64,000 nt of DNA from the NCBI GenBank assembly GCA_017939755.1, contig JAGBAJ010000038.1, positions 79,216-143,215 of the forward strand, written 5' to 3'. Position 1 is the first letter of the stretch. The number at the start of each line of letters is the position of its first letter. This DNA is from Clostridia bacterium (GTDB lineage: Bacteria > Bacillota > Clostridia > TANB77 > CAG-508). The notes under the pieces are model-generated. The model was not told the DNA's origin and did no database searches. It was given only the letters and a program-made list of their open reading frames with translations. The position numbers and the translations under genes are program-made. This document shows positions 27,274 to 36,914 of the stretch, piece by piece.

Positions 27274-27753
27274 TTAAAAAAAATCAAGCGGATTCAAATA
27301 GTCGTTTCCACTGCGGACAGCAAAATGAAGATGTGGACCAGTAGTTGCTCCATTTGTCGGATTTCCATTATTATCTCTATATTTGTTCTCAGGAAATCCA
27401 TATACATTTTTTGGTCCTACTTGTGAAATTAATTGGCCCTTTTCTACATAAACTCCAGGCGATACAATAAAATTAGGGGAAACATGGCAATACGATGTAT
27501 ATATATTTCCATTTTGAATAGTAATAGTGCATCCACCGCTGCCACTAAATTTGGCAGTTACAACTATACCAGACATTGCTGCATATATATTCGTTCCAGG
27601 TGGAGCAGGAATGTCAATTCCTTTATGATATGACGACGCATAGGCTGTTGGGGATGATCTCTTTCCAAAATAAGAGCTAATACGTTTATATTCTAATAAT
27701 GGCCAGAAAAATTTTGAACTTTCAGGTATGACAAAATTAGTTTGCGATGACAA
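27274..27753 (-). CDS. M23-family peptidoglycan endopeptidase (5' end probably extends to about 27876)
   Basis: HKGIDIPAPPGTNIYA and GPHLHFAV motifs. The in-frame upstream codons (to 27885) encode a hydrophobic signal-anchor preceded by GGAGG (27886-27881), but there is no ATG/GTG/TTG there. Confidence 0.75.
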   Translation of the reverse strand: MSSQTNFVIPESSKFFWPLLEYKRISSYFGKRSSPTAYASSYHKGIDIPAPPGTNIYAAMSGIVVTAKFSGSGGCTITIQNGNIYTSYCHVSPNFIVSPGVYVEKGQLISQVGPKNVYGFPENKYRDNNGNPTNGATTGPHLHFAVRSGNDYLNPLDFF

Positions 27754-27971
27754 ATTAGATGTTTGAATATTTGTAGATGAAGAAATAGTTGGTGTGGTAA
27801 GAATGGGAGTAAATAGAATTATGATAATTAAAGAAATTGATAAAATAAAAGAATAAAAAAATTTTAAATAATTAATATTGACCTCCTATGATTATAAAAA
27901 ATGTGATTAAAGAAAAAAATTGTATAAATATGGCATGAAAACATTTATACAATTTTTTTCATGCCATTATT

Positions 27972-28460
27972 TTAATCGTGTTTAAATGCAAAAAACTTAC
28001 TAATAAAGAAATTTAAAATTATTACAAGGATAGTTATAGTAATTTTACTTACAATTTCTGGAATAAATGAAACTTTAAACATTAAATAACATCCAACAAG
28101 CTCTACAACCATTGTGAATGCTCTACCAAGCATAAACTTTCCAAATTCAGTTAGTTTATCTTTTAATGTTACAGCTTGTGAATTAAATACAAGCCCCTTA
28201 TTTGTAAAGTACGCAAATAGTACGGCTATTATAATTGCAACTATATTTGCAAGATTTTGTTGTAAGTTAAATTTATATCTTAAAAGTGAAAATGTTCCAA
28301 TATTAATTAACGTCGTAAGAACACCAAAAAAAATGTATAGAACAATTTCTACACTAAGTAATTTTTTTTCTAGTTCAAGTAGTTTTTTTGGAAATATTTT
28401 CTCTGATATTTTTAGGATAAAATCTATAAGTGTTTGAGTAATATTTTTTATTAATTCCAT
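27972..28460 (-). CDS. GtrA-family membrane protein
   Basis: 162 aa with 4 TM segments. YIFFGVLTTLINIG...FAYFTNKGLVFNS is typical of GtrA. Confidence 0.8.
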   Translation of the reverse strand: MELIKNITQTLIDFILKISEKIFPKKLLELEKKLLSVEIVLYIFFGVLTTLINIGTFSLLRYKFNLQQNLANIVAIIIAVLFAYFTNKGLVFNSQAVTLKDKLTEFGKFMLGRAFTMVVELVGCYLMFKVSFIPEIVSKITITILVIILNFFISKFFAFKHD

Positions 28461-28508
28461 ATTTGCTCCTTATTTTGCAACATTTTAATAAATTTATGAA
28501 TAAAAAAA

Positions 28509-28584
28509 TGGCAGGGGTACTAAGACTCGAACTCAGACCTGTGGTTTTGGAGACCATCATGCTAACCATTGACACCATACCCCT
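28509..28584 (-). tRNA. tRNA-Trp (anticodon CCA), encoded CCA
   Basis: The reverse complement reads AGGGGTATGGTGTCAATGGTTAGCATGATGGTCTCCAAAACCACAGGTCTGAGTTCGAGTCTTAGTACCCCTGCCA. The anticodon loop is CT-CCA-AA. Confidence 0.9.
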
Positions 28585-28907
28585 ATCAACATAGAATATA
28601 CTAGCATAAATGCCAAAAAAAATCAATAGAAATTTTAAGAAATTAGAAATTAGTTTTTCACTTCTCGCAACACTTAGATATGCTGACTTAGATAATAATT
28701 TAATTGTAAAAATATCTAAAATGTAGTATACTATGTGCAGTGTACTACATTTTAAGTATTGAAGGGAATGTAGAATGAGTGAGAAAGTTTATAGTATAGA
28801 AGATAGACACATTTTTTGCGATTTTTATCAAGCATAGATTAGGAGTTATTATAAATATTAAAAAAATCTTTAATATAAATTAAAAATGAAGAAAAGGGGC
28901 TTTGATA

Positions 28908-29162
28908 ATGGAAAAAAGTGAGATAAGTTTTAAAGTACTAAAAAATGTTACCAAGGAAAAAAAATATAGTGACTACGAAATAAAAGTTTTACAAAGGTTT
29001 ATAAAAGAATTTGAAAGCGTATGTGGAGAATACCTCAATAGAGATGAATTAATAAAGAGGTTAATGGAAAATTTTAATGGATTTGCATATGTAAGAGACA
29101 TGAATAGATTTGCTGCAGTGTATAGCATTGAAAGTGGCGAGAAAAATAAAAAAGTTTTATGA
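28908..29162 (+). CDS. Hypothetical protein; same frame as the next ORF, separated only by TGA
   Basis: ORF ending at TGA 29160-29162. 29196 minus 29160 is 36, so the downstream ORF is in the identical frame with no other stop between. Confidence 0.45.
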   Translation: MEKSEISFKVLKNVTKEKKYSDYEIKVLQRFIKEFESVCGEYLNRDELIKRLMENFNGFAYVRDMNRFAAVYSIESGEKNKKVL

Positions 29163-29195
29163 AATGGGAGTATAATAAGTAATACAGAATCTGAA

Positions 29196-30392
29196 ATGAA
29201 AAGTGCTATGTTATTTCATGAGTTATTTCATGTTGTAACACGCAATGAAAAATATAAGTGTACAGGATTTGATCAGCATAGAGAAAATGTTGAATTGAAT
29301 CAAGAATGTTTGGGCAGAGGAATAAATGAAGCTACTACTGAATATGCAACAATTAAAAGAAACCAAATATGTAAATTTCAGAGTGGTGAACAAAGAAAGT
29401 TTGGTTTTTATGAATACGGTCCAGAGCTTATTAGAGAATTAGATAATGCTTTAGGAGAAGGAACATTATTTAATACTATATTAAATTGTCCTCAAGATTT
29501 AAACAAAGTTCTTGGAAATAATGCACAAATTATTGTTAATGGATTAGACTATTTATATGATCAAGACAGTAATGTAATGTATGATACCATTACTTCAAAA
29601 GCCTATATTAATTCTGAAAGAGGAAGAGATGTATATAGTGATATTGTACAAAGTATAATAGAAATTAAATGTCAAAATATTACTGATATGAAAGAAAAAA
29701 TACAGATAATTTGTGATACTATACAGAATTTATCAAATGGAAGTATGAAGATTGGTAGTAATTTTAAGATTTATAGCTATCTATATGAGGAAATATGCAA
29801 AGCTGTAAAATCTGGTATTAAGATAGAGGATATAATAGAGAATATTTCCGATAAACAAAAAATTATGATTCAAAAATGTATAAATTTTAATAGATTTAAA
29901 TATGCAAGTACTACAGAAATAATAGAATTGCTAAATGATAAAGATTATATCAATGAAATAAAAAGAATTGGTAATGACGATAAAGTAAATTTAATTAATG
30001 GATTCGATACTATAAATTATGGTGAAGTAGAAAAAAATCTGTTCGAAGAAAAAATTTTAGAGCAGATATTACCTAATTTTGATGGAGAACTTAGAAAACT
30101 ACTTGTCGAAGCACTACCAAATGGGGTAGGAGAAGAATTAATTAAAAAAGGTATAGATATTCATCAATTAGATTTTAATATATGTTACTCAAGCAAAATA
30201 CCAGAAGAATGTTACGGATTAAATTTATTTGTAGCCAAAGATGACGAGCAACAATATATTGGAACAATTTTAATAAAAGATGAAAGAGTGATAAGTACAG
30301 AATTAATTCAGTATGATGACTATAATTCTGGTGATATGCCAGAACAACCAATGACATGGAGTGACGTGGATGCTGATTGGGTAGAGCTATAA
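29196..30392 (+). CDS. Putative HExxH zinc metalloprotease-like protein
   Basis: MLFHELFHVV (HExxH) with a downstream GINEATTEY (candidate third ligand Glu). No other motif recognised. It may be the C-terminal part of a 28908-30392 protein. Confidence 0.55.
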   Translation: MKSAMLFHELFHVVTRNEKYKCTGFDQHRENVELNQECLGRGINEATTEYATIKRNQICKFQSGEQRKFGFYEYGPELIRELDNALGEGTLFNTILNCPQDLNKVLGNNAQIIVNGLDYLYDQDSNVMYDTITSKAYINSERGRDVYSDIVQSIIEIKCQNITDMKEKIQIICDTIQNLSNGSMKIGSNFKIYSYLYEEICKAVKSGIKIEDIIENISDKQKIMIQKCINFNRFKYASTTEIIELLNDKDYINEIKRIGNDDKVNLINGFDTINYGEVEKNLFEEKILEQILPNFDGELRKLLVEALPNGVGEELIKKGIDIHQLDFNICYSSKIPEECYGLNLFVAKDDEQQYIGTILIKDERVISTELIQYDDYNSGDMPEQPMTWSDVDADWVEL

Positions 30393-30523
30393 TTGAATTG
30401 GTAGTAAAAAGAAATTAATACGGTGTTTAAATTTTTAAGATAATTACAATATCCCTAAAGAAGATATGTTCGGAAATTTAGTATTCAAAGAAAGTATTTT
30501 AATAGAATTACGGAGGAATAAAA

Positions 30524-31186
30524 ATGAATTACTTTAGAAATATTATTGAAGATGAATCAAAGAAAGACTACTATGTCAAGTTACATGATTTTATTGATGT
30601 GGAATATAAAAATAAAACAATTTATCCAGAAAGAGAAAATATATATGCTGCATTAAAATATACACCATATGATAAAGTTAAAGTAGTTATATTAGGGCAG
30701 GATCCATACCATGGTGAAGGGGAGGCACATGGACTTTCTTTTTCTGTATGTCCTGGAATAAAGACTCCACCTTCATTGAAAAATATATACAAAGAGCTTA
30801 ATGCAGAGCTAGGTTGTTATATTCCAAACAATGGATATTTAACAAAATGGGCTAATCAAGGTGTATTACTTTTAAACTCTGTATTAACTGTACAAAAGGA
30901 TACTCCAGCATCACATAGGGGAAAAGGTTGGGAAACCTTTACAGATAAAATAATTGAAGAAATAGATAAAAAAGATGAACCTGTTGTGTTTTTACTGTGG
31001 GGAAACTTTGCAAAATCCAAGGAGGCACTATTAAAAAATCCAAAACATTTAGTTTTATCATCGGCTCATCCAAGTCCTTTTTCTGCGAGAAATGGATTTT
31101 TTGGAAATAACCATTTTATAAAAGTAAATGAATATTTGAAAGCAAATGGTGCCGAGCCAATTGATTGGCAAATAGAGAATATTTAA
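30524..31186 (+). CDS. ung: Uracil-DNA glycosylase
   Basis: VVILGQDPYH water-activating loop, GVLLLNSVLTV, HPSPFSA. Confidence 0.95.
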   Translation: MNYFRNIIEDESKKDYYVKLHDFIDVEYKNKTIYPERENIYAALKYTPYDKVKVVILGQDPYHGEGEAHGLSFSVCPGIKTPPSLKNIYKELNAELGCYIPNNGYLTKWANQGVLLLNSVLTVQKDTPASHRGKGWETFTDKIIEEIDKKDEPVVFLLWGNFAKSKEALLKNPKHLVLSSAHPSPFSARNGFFGNNHFIKVNEYLKANGAEPIDWQIENI

Positions 31187-31255
31187 TACATAAAAATTAC
31201 TTTGTAAGTTTGACGCACCAATATGTATTAGTATATGTTTCTAAGAAAAATTTGG

Positions 31256-31283
31256 TTGACAAAATCCAGAATTATAGTATAAT
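31256..31283 (+). promoter_or_regulatory. Putative strong sigma-A promoter
   Basis: TTGACA (31256-31261), 16-nt spacer, TATAAT (31278-31283). Confidence 0.55.
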
Positions 31284-31314
31284 ATATGTATGTCTAATGT
31301 AAAGGAGAGATATT

Positions 31315-31464
31315 ATGTTAGCAAAAATATGGAGAAAATTATTACTATTTATTTTGATAGTAGCTTGTTTATTTAATGTAATAACGAAGTTTGTTAAGAA
31401 ATCGTCATTAAACGATGAATTACTTTCTTCTGCGAAATATATACAAAGTTTACAACAAAAATAA
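31315..31464 (+). CDS. Small hypothetical membrane protein (49 aa)
   Basis: AAAGGAGAG lies 6 nt upstream of the ATG. The product is MLAKIWRKLLLFILIVACLFNVITKF..., with one TM segment. It is below the ORF-track cutoff. Confidence 0.4.
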   Translation: MLAKIWRKLLLFILIVACLFNVITKFVKKSSLNDELLSSAKYIQSLQQK

Positions 31465-31549
31465 TCGAAAAACTATTGAAATGCGGAAAAATATGTGATA
31501 ATATATTAAATAGTTTTGATTATTAATTTAAAGGAGAGGTGAATACATA

Positions 31550-31750
31550 ATGAAAGAAGGAATACATCCAAATTACCAAGAAGCAGTTATAACTTGTGCT
31601 TGTGGAAATGTAATGCATACATTTTCTACAAAAAAAGATATGAAAGTTGACGTTTGTTCAAAATGCCATCCATTCTACACAAATAACTTAAAAATTGAAA
31701 AAACTGGTGGTAGAATTGAAAAATTCAAAAATAAATATGGTCTTAAATAA
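31550..31750 (+). CDS. rpmE: 50S ribosomal protein L31 (zinc-binding type A)
   Basis: MKEGIHPNY...CACGN...CSKCHPFYT. Confidence 0.95.
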   Translation: MKEGIHPNYQEAVITCACGNVMHTFSTKKDMKVDVCSKCHPFYTNNLKIEKTGGRIEKFKNKYGLK

Positions 31751-31782
31751 AAACGGAATAGCGAAAAACTATTTCGTTTTTT
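31751..31782 (+). terminator. Rho-independent terminator of rpmE
   Basis: Stem AAACGGAATAG / CTATTTCGTTT followed by a T-run. Confidence 0.75.
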
Positions 31783-31940
31783 GGCTCTTTGTAAAGATGG
31801 ATCTTTGTCAAGAGTTGGTCAAATAATTGCATTATTTTTGCAAAAAATAAAGTTGGAGTTGTACTACTCCAACATTTTTTATAAATTCACTTTTTTATAA
31901 TGTTGGAGCTTTTATATTCCAACATTTATCATTGAGTCGT

Positions 31941-32414
31941 TTATTTCTCACATTCTATTTCTAGTCTGTTAAAACATTCTTTTGCAGATTCTTCTGAAAC
32001 ATTATTTCCTAATAAAATGCCAGTATTTGAATCTTTAATTTTTATAACGTAATTGAATTCTGTGTCTTTGTAATTATAGAAAATGTAATCAATACCATCT
32101 TTTGACCCAGAATCAATAATTTTAACATTAGATCCTTGCTTTGTAGCATTTTTGTAATATTCGTGAGTACCTTCTGTTAGAAAAATTCCTTTTGTCAAAT
32201 CCTCGTCATCTTTTGAAATTGTAAATGGTAAGCTAGATGTTAAGTCGTAATTATCACTTGTGTCTAATGTGAGTTTTACCTTATCTCCAGTTTCTACATT
32301 ATAAGTGAATGATTTTGATGTTTTAACTCCGTTAGATGATGAATCACATCCGGTTAAAAGTACTAGCATTAAGCCGATGAATAATATAGAAAAGATTCTT
32401 GTAATTTTTTTCAT
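31941..32414 (-). CDS. Lipoprotein, function unknown
   Basis: Signal peptide with lipobox LLTGC (MKKITRIFSILFIGLMLVLLTGCDSS). Confidence 0.7.
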   Translation of the reverse strand: MKKITRIFSILFIGLMLVLLTGCDSSSNGVKTSKSFTYNVETGDKVKLTLDTSDNYDLTSSLPFTISKDDEDLTKGIFLTEGTHEYYKNATKQGSNVKIIDSGSKDGIDYIFYNYKDTEFNYVIKIKDSNTGILLGNNVSEESAKECFNRLEIECEK

Positions 32415-32559
32415 AAATTATTACCCCCTTTGATTATTTTATAATTATAATTTTATCAGAGATACCAGTAAAGTCAACTGAAATTTAGATAAATAAATGT
32501 TGAAAAATGGAGAAAAAAGTAGTAGAATAACGTTATTAATTAGAAGGGAATCGATAAAA

Positions 32560-33936
32560 GTGAATATAGAAAATCAAGAAGATTTTATTGAAAAAGTAAG
32601 TAAGTTAAACGATGGAAAAAATATGAAATATTCTGTATATACTATGGGATGTCAATTAAATGAAAATGACTCAGAAAAGATTAGTGGTATGATGGAAAAA
32701 ATGAAATATTCTAATACAACTAAAATTGAAGAAGCTGATTGTATTATCTTTAATACATGTTGTGTAAGAGAAAATGCTGAAGATAAGCTTTTTGGAAAAT
32801 TGGGAGAAGTAAAAAAATACAAGGAGCTCAAAGGAACTATTATTGCAATATGTGGATGTATGATGCAAGAAAAGCATATTGTTGAAAAAATAAAGAAGAG
32901 CTATCCTTTTGTTGATATTATTTTTGGTACACATACAATTCATAAATTACCAGAAGATTTATATACGGCATTATGTTCGAATAAAAATGTTATAGACATA
33001 TTAGATATTGATGGAGAGGTTATAGAAGGATTACCTATAAAAAGAAATGATAGAGCAAAGGCTTCTGTAACAATAATGAATGGATGTAACAACTTCTGTA
33101 CTTATTGTATTGTTCCATATGTTAGGGGAAGAGAGCGCAGTAGATCTCCAGAAAACATAATAAATGAAATTGAAGAATTGGCAAGAGCAGGATACAAAGA
33201 AATTACATTACTTGGACAAAATGTTAATTCATATAAAGGAAATGGCAGTTTAGGTATAACAAAATTTTCAGAATTATTAAGAGCAGTAAATAAAATAAAT
33301 GGAATCGAAAAGATAAGGTTTATTTCGCCACATCCAAAGGATTTTACAGACGATGTAATTGATGCAATTAGAGATTGTGACAAAGTTTGCAAAATGATAC
33401 ATTTACCATTACAATCTGGAAGCTCTGAAGTATTAAAAAAGATGAATAGAAAATATACAAAAGAGCAATATTTAAATTTGGTCCATAAAATGAAATCTAG
33501 AATTCCAAATTTAACACTATCAACTGATATTATTGTTGGTTTTCCAGAAGAAACTGAGGAAGATTTTAAAGATACTTTAGATGTCGTTGATAAGGTGAAT
33601 TTTGAACAGGTATTTATGTTTATATATTCAAGAAGAGTTGGAACTCCAGCAGATAAAATGGAAAAACAAATACCTGACGAAGTAAAACATGAAAGATTTA
33701 ATAGGTTAAAGAGCTTAGTTGAGAGCAAAATTGTAGAAAATAATAAGAAGTATATTGGTACCATTCAAGATATTATTGTTGAAGGAAGAAGTAAAACGAA
33801 CAATAATATGCTTACAGGCAGGACAGATTCTAACAAGGTTATAAACTTTGAAGGGGATGATAGCTTAATAGGAAAGGCTATAAAAATTAAAATAATATCA
33901 GAGCATATGTGGTACTTAAAAGGTGAAGTTGTGTAA
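32560..33936 (+). CDS. miaB: tRNA (i6A37) methylthiotransferase MiaB
   Basis: YTMGCQLNENDSE (UPF0004 domain), the radical-SAM motif CNNFCTYCIVP, and a C-terminal TRAM domain. The start is uncertain: GTG 32560, with alternatives ATG 32623 or ATG 32497. Confidence 0.9.
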   Translation: MNIENQEDFIEKVSKLNDGKNMKYSVYTMGCQLNENDSEKISGMMEKMKYSNTTKIEEADCIIFNTCCVRENAEDKLFGKLGEVKKYKELKGTIIAICGCMMQEKHIVEKIKKSYPFVDIIFGTHTIHKLPEDLYTALCSNKNVIDILDIDGEVIEGLPIKRNDRAKASVTIMNGCNNFCTYCIVPYVRGRERSRSPENIINEIEELARAGYKEITLLGQNVNSYKGNGSLGITKFSELLRAVNKINGIEKIRFISPHPKDFTDDVIDAIRDCDKVCKMIHLPLQSGSSEVLKKMNRKYTKEQYLNLVHKMKSRIPNLTLSTDIIVGFPEETEEDFKDTLDVVDKVNFEQVFMFIYSRRVGTPADKMEKQIPDEVKHERFNRLKSLVESKIVENNKKYIGTIQDIIVEGRSKTNNNMLTGRTDSNKVINFEGDDSLIGKAIKIKIISEHMWYLKGEVV

Positions 33937-34065
33937 ATGAGGGCAAACATTATTGACACAAAGCATACTAAGAATACTAATGAAATCGAATTTTAATATT
34001 CCTGCAAAAATGAGTGTTTCAATTAACGTATAGGCAGGCAAAATAGCAAAAAGTAGGGGGTTATT

Positions 34066-36720
34066 ATGGCAGAGTTTTCACCAATGATGCAGCATTATTT
34101 AGATACAAAAAAACAATATAGCGATTGTGTATTATTTTATAGATTAGGTGACTTTTATGAAATGTTTTACGAAGATGCTGAAATTGTTTCAAAAGAGCTC
34201 GAACTTACATTAACAGGAAAAGATTGTGGTCAAGAAAAAAGAGCACCTATGTCTGGTATTCCCTTTCACGCTGCAGAGGGATATATTGCAAAACTAATTG
34301 AAAAAGGATATAAGGTAGCTATTTGTGAACAAGTTGAAGATCCGAAAACAGCTAAAGGTATGGTAAAAAGGGAAGTAGTAAGAGTTGTAACACCAGGTAC
34401 TGTAATTGAGTCCAACCTTCTAGAAGAAAAGAAAAATAATTATATTATGGCTATATATAAAAGTGGAATATATTTTGGCATTAGTGTTTGTGATGTTTCT
34501 ACAGGAGAGTTTTTGGCAACTCAGATAGTTGAACATAATAATTTTGCAAGATTATTAGATGAAATTTCAAGATATTCTCCAGCAGAAATTATCGTTAGTG
34601 ATTTAATGTTCAATAGTAAAACTGAAATTGAAAAAATTAAAGAGCGTTTTAAAACATATATTTCGCAAGAATCAGAAGAATTTTTCGATGGCGAGTATGA
34701 GTTGCTTTCTGGAATGTATAATATAATTGATGATAGAAATAATAAAATCGAAGATTTAGCAGAAAAAAAATTAGCAATTTATGCAATAAATGCTCTATTA
34801 AAATATTTGGAAGATACTCAGAAAACAGGATTGGAACATATAAATACAATTAAAATATATAATACTACAAGATACATGGCTTTAGATATAAATGCTAGAA
34901 GAAACTTAGAGCTAACAGAAAAAATGAGAGATAAATCAAAAAAGGGTACTTTACTTTGGGTTTTGGATAAAACTTCAACATCTATGGGGGGAAGAATGTT
35001 AAGACGTTGGTTAAATGATCCTCTTATAGATAAGCAAGAAATAAATGAAAGACTTGAAGCAGTTGACGAAATGAAAGGGTCAATTATCCTTAGAGGAGAT
35101 ATAATTGACGCATTAAAGAAAGTATATGATATAGAAAGATTGGCAGGTAAAATTGCATATGGAAATGCTAATGGACGAGATTTAATTTCATTGAAAAATT
35201 CTGTAAAACAGTTACCAAATATTAAAAGAATTTTGGCAACAACAGGCTCAAAATTACTTAAAAATATTTATAGTGAGTTAGACACACTTGATGACATACA
35301 CGAAATTATAGAAAAATCTATAGTTGAGGATCCTCCTATTGGTGTAAAAGACGGAGGATTAATAAAGATAGGTTATGATCCAGAAATAGATAAACTAAAA
35401 TTGGCAACAACTGAAGGAAAAAAGTGGATAATTGACCTTGAAACACGTGAGAAAGAAGAAACTGGAATCAAAAACTTAAAAATTGGATTTAATAAGGTAT
35501 TTGGATATTTCTTAGAAGTGACCAAATCAAATATTTCATTAGTTCCAGAGCGATATATACGTAAGCAGACGTTGACAAATGCTGAACGATATGTAACAGA
35601 AGAGCTTAAACAATTGGAAAACCAAATTTTGGGAGCTGAAGAAAAAGTAGTAACACTTGAATATAATGCTTTTTCTGAAGTTCGAGATTCAATAGAAAAG
35701 CAGATACAAAGATTACAAAAAACAGCCACACTTATTTCGGAGCTAGACGTAATTGCTTCTTTTGCGATTGTCGCAGATGATATGGGGTATGTAAAACCGA
35801 TTGTTGATAATGAGGGAATTATAGACATTAAGGAGGGTAGACATCCTGTTATAGAAAAGATGATATCATCAAATAATTTTGTGCCAAACGATACATATTT
35901 AGATAAAAATGACAATAGACTTGCTATTATTACAGGACCTAATATGGCTGGAAAATCTACATATATGAGACAGGTAGCTTTAATTACATTAATGGCACAA
36001 GTGGGGTCTTTTGTTCCAGCATCATATGCTAAAATAGGCATAGTAGATAAAATATTTACAAGAGTTGGTGCATCTGATGATTTAAGTATGGGACAGAGCA
36101 CATTTATGGTTGAAATGATGGAAGTGGCAACCATATTAAAGGAGGCAACGAATGAAAGCTTGGTAATTCTTGATGAAATAGGTAGAGGTACTTCAACATA
36201 TGATGGTTTATCAATTGCTTGGGCCGTTGCAGAATATATTGCAGATACAGAAAAGTGTGGAGCTAAAACATTATTTGCAACACATTACCATGAATTGACC
36301 GAACTTGAAGATAAAATTGAAGGCGTAAAGAATTATTCTATTGCTGTAAAGGAAAAAGGTGAAGATATTATTTTCCTAAGAAAAATTGTAAATGGTGGAA
36401 CTGATGAAAGTTATGGAGTTCACGTTGCCAAACTTGCTGGTGTACCACAAATTGTTACGTCAAAAGCTAATGAAATTTTGCAAAGTTTGGAAAGGAAAAA
36501 TGTATTAAATAATAAAATTTCTATTACAGATACAGTTGCATCAAATAAAGAAGTTGCAGATTCAATAAGTCAAATCCCTATAGGAATGCCACAAAATTTT
36601 GATATGAATAATTATAAAATTGCAGAAGTAGCTCACGAAATTGATAAAATAGATTTTAATCAAATTACTCCGCTAGAGGCTTTGAATACACTAGTAAAAA
36701 TAAAAGAAAAGTTATCATAA
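34066..36720 (+). CDS. mutS: DNA mismatch repair protein MutS
   Basis: SPMMQHYL...FYRLGDFYEMF mismatch-binding motif, Walker A GPNMAGKST, 884 aa. Confidence 0.96.
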   Translation: MAEFSPMMQHYLDTKKQYSDCVLFYRLGDFYEMFYEDAEIVSKELELTLTGKDCGQEKRAPMSGIPFHAAEGYIAKLIEKGYKVAICEQVEDPKTAKGMVKREVVRVVTPGTVIESNLLEEKKNNYIMAIYKSGIYFGISVCDVSTGEFLATQIVEHNNFARLLDEISRYSPAEIIVSDLMFNSKTEIEKIKERFKTYISQESEEFFDGEYELLSGMYNIIDDRNNKIEDLAEKKLAIYAINALLKYLEDTQKTGLEHINTIKIYNTTRYMALDINARRNLELTEKMRDKSKKGTLLWVLDKTSTSMGGRMLRRWLNDPLIDKQEINERLEAVDEMKGSIILRGDIIDALKKVYDIERLAGKIAYGNANGRDLISLKNSVKQLPNIKRILATTGSKLLKNIYSELDTLDDIHEIIEKSIVEDPPIGVKDGGLIKIGYDPEIDKLKLATTEGKKWIIDLETREKEETGIKNLKIGFNKVFGYFLEVTKSNISLVPERYIRKQTLTNAERYVTEELKQLENQILGAEEKVVTLEYNAFSEVRDSIEKQIQRLQKTATLISELDVIASFAIVADDMGYVKPIVDNEGIIDIKEGRHPVIEKMISSNNFVPNDTYLDKNDNRLAIITGPNMAGKSTYMRQVALITLMAQVGSFVPASYAKIGIVDKIFTRVGASDDLSMGQSTFMVEMMEVATILKEATNESLVILDEIGRGTSTYDGLSIAWAVAEYIADTEKCGAKTLFATHYHELTELEDKIEGVKNYSIAVKEKGEDIIFLRKIVNGGTDESYGVHVAKLAGVPQIVTSKANEILQSLERKNVLNNKISITDTVASNKEVADSISQIPIGMPQNFDMNNYKIAEVAHEIDKIDFNQITPLEALNTLVKIKEKLS

Positions 36721-36745
36721 AAAGTCTATAATATTTAAGGAATTC

Positions 36746-36811
36746 AAGATATAATATTAATTTATAAGTTTCGACCCCACACGGAAGAATAAGTAATTGT
36801 TGCTGTGCTTT
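36746..36811 (+). repeat. Family R repeat, truncated left half (copy R2')
   Basis: AAGATATAATATTAATTTATAAGTTTCGACCCCACACGGAAGAATAAGTAATTGTTGCTGTGCTTT aligns with 52541-52605 of the full copy. The right half is absent. Confidence 0.7.
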
Positions 36812-36837
36812 ATAATTGTATAATTTAAAATAAAAAA

Positions 36838-36868
36838 ATAGCTAGGCGCAAAAGCCTAGCTATTTTTT
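36838..36868. terminator. Bidirectional rho-independent terminator
   Basis: Stem ATAGCTAGGC / GCCTAGCTAT flanked by an A7 run (5') and a T6 run (3'). It lies between convergent mutS and the 36915-37535 gene, and is followed by a family-B hairpin module (36867-36903). Confidence 0.75.
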
Positions 36869-36914
36869 ATATAATAGGGAAGTCAAACTTTCCTATTATA
36901 TAAAATAAAAATTA

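Noticed and set aside
29160-29162. Genome-wide reassignment of TGA (code 4 or 25), or selenocysteine, as the explanation for the in-frame TGA.
   Set aside because: TGA terminates yqfD (9113-9115) and whiA (15200-15202), with further stops following shortly in frame. Long conserved genes contain no internal TGA. No SECIS-like hairpin follows 29162.
28585-30420. An integrated mobile element at tRNA-Trp (and similarly at the tRNA-Tyr/tRNA(CAT) pair).
   Set aside because: No integrase or recombinase, no direct repeat of the tRNA 3' end, and no phage or conjugation genes were found. Only the HExxH ORF pair looks accessory.
35373-36134. Long antisense or alternative-frame ORFs inside known genes (for example 8095-8520, 17312-17860, 19977-20360, 21575-21949, 25276-25752, 26698-27174, 33102-33764, 35373-36134, 45004-45402, 46759-47505, 63438-63776).
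   Set aside because: They lie opposite or within genes with clear family signatures. They are S/F/I/L-rich low-complexity products typical of the antisense frame of AT-rich coding DNA.
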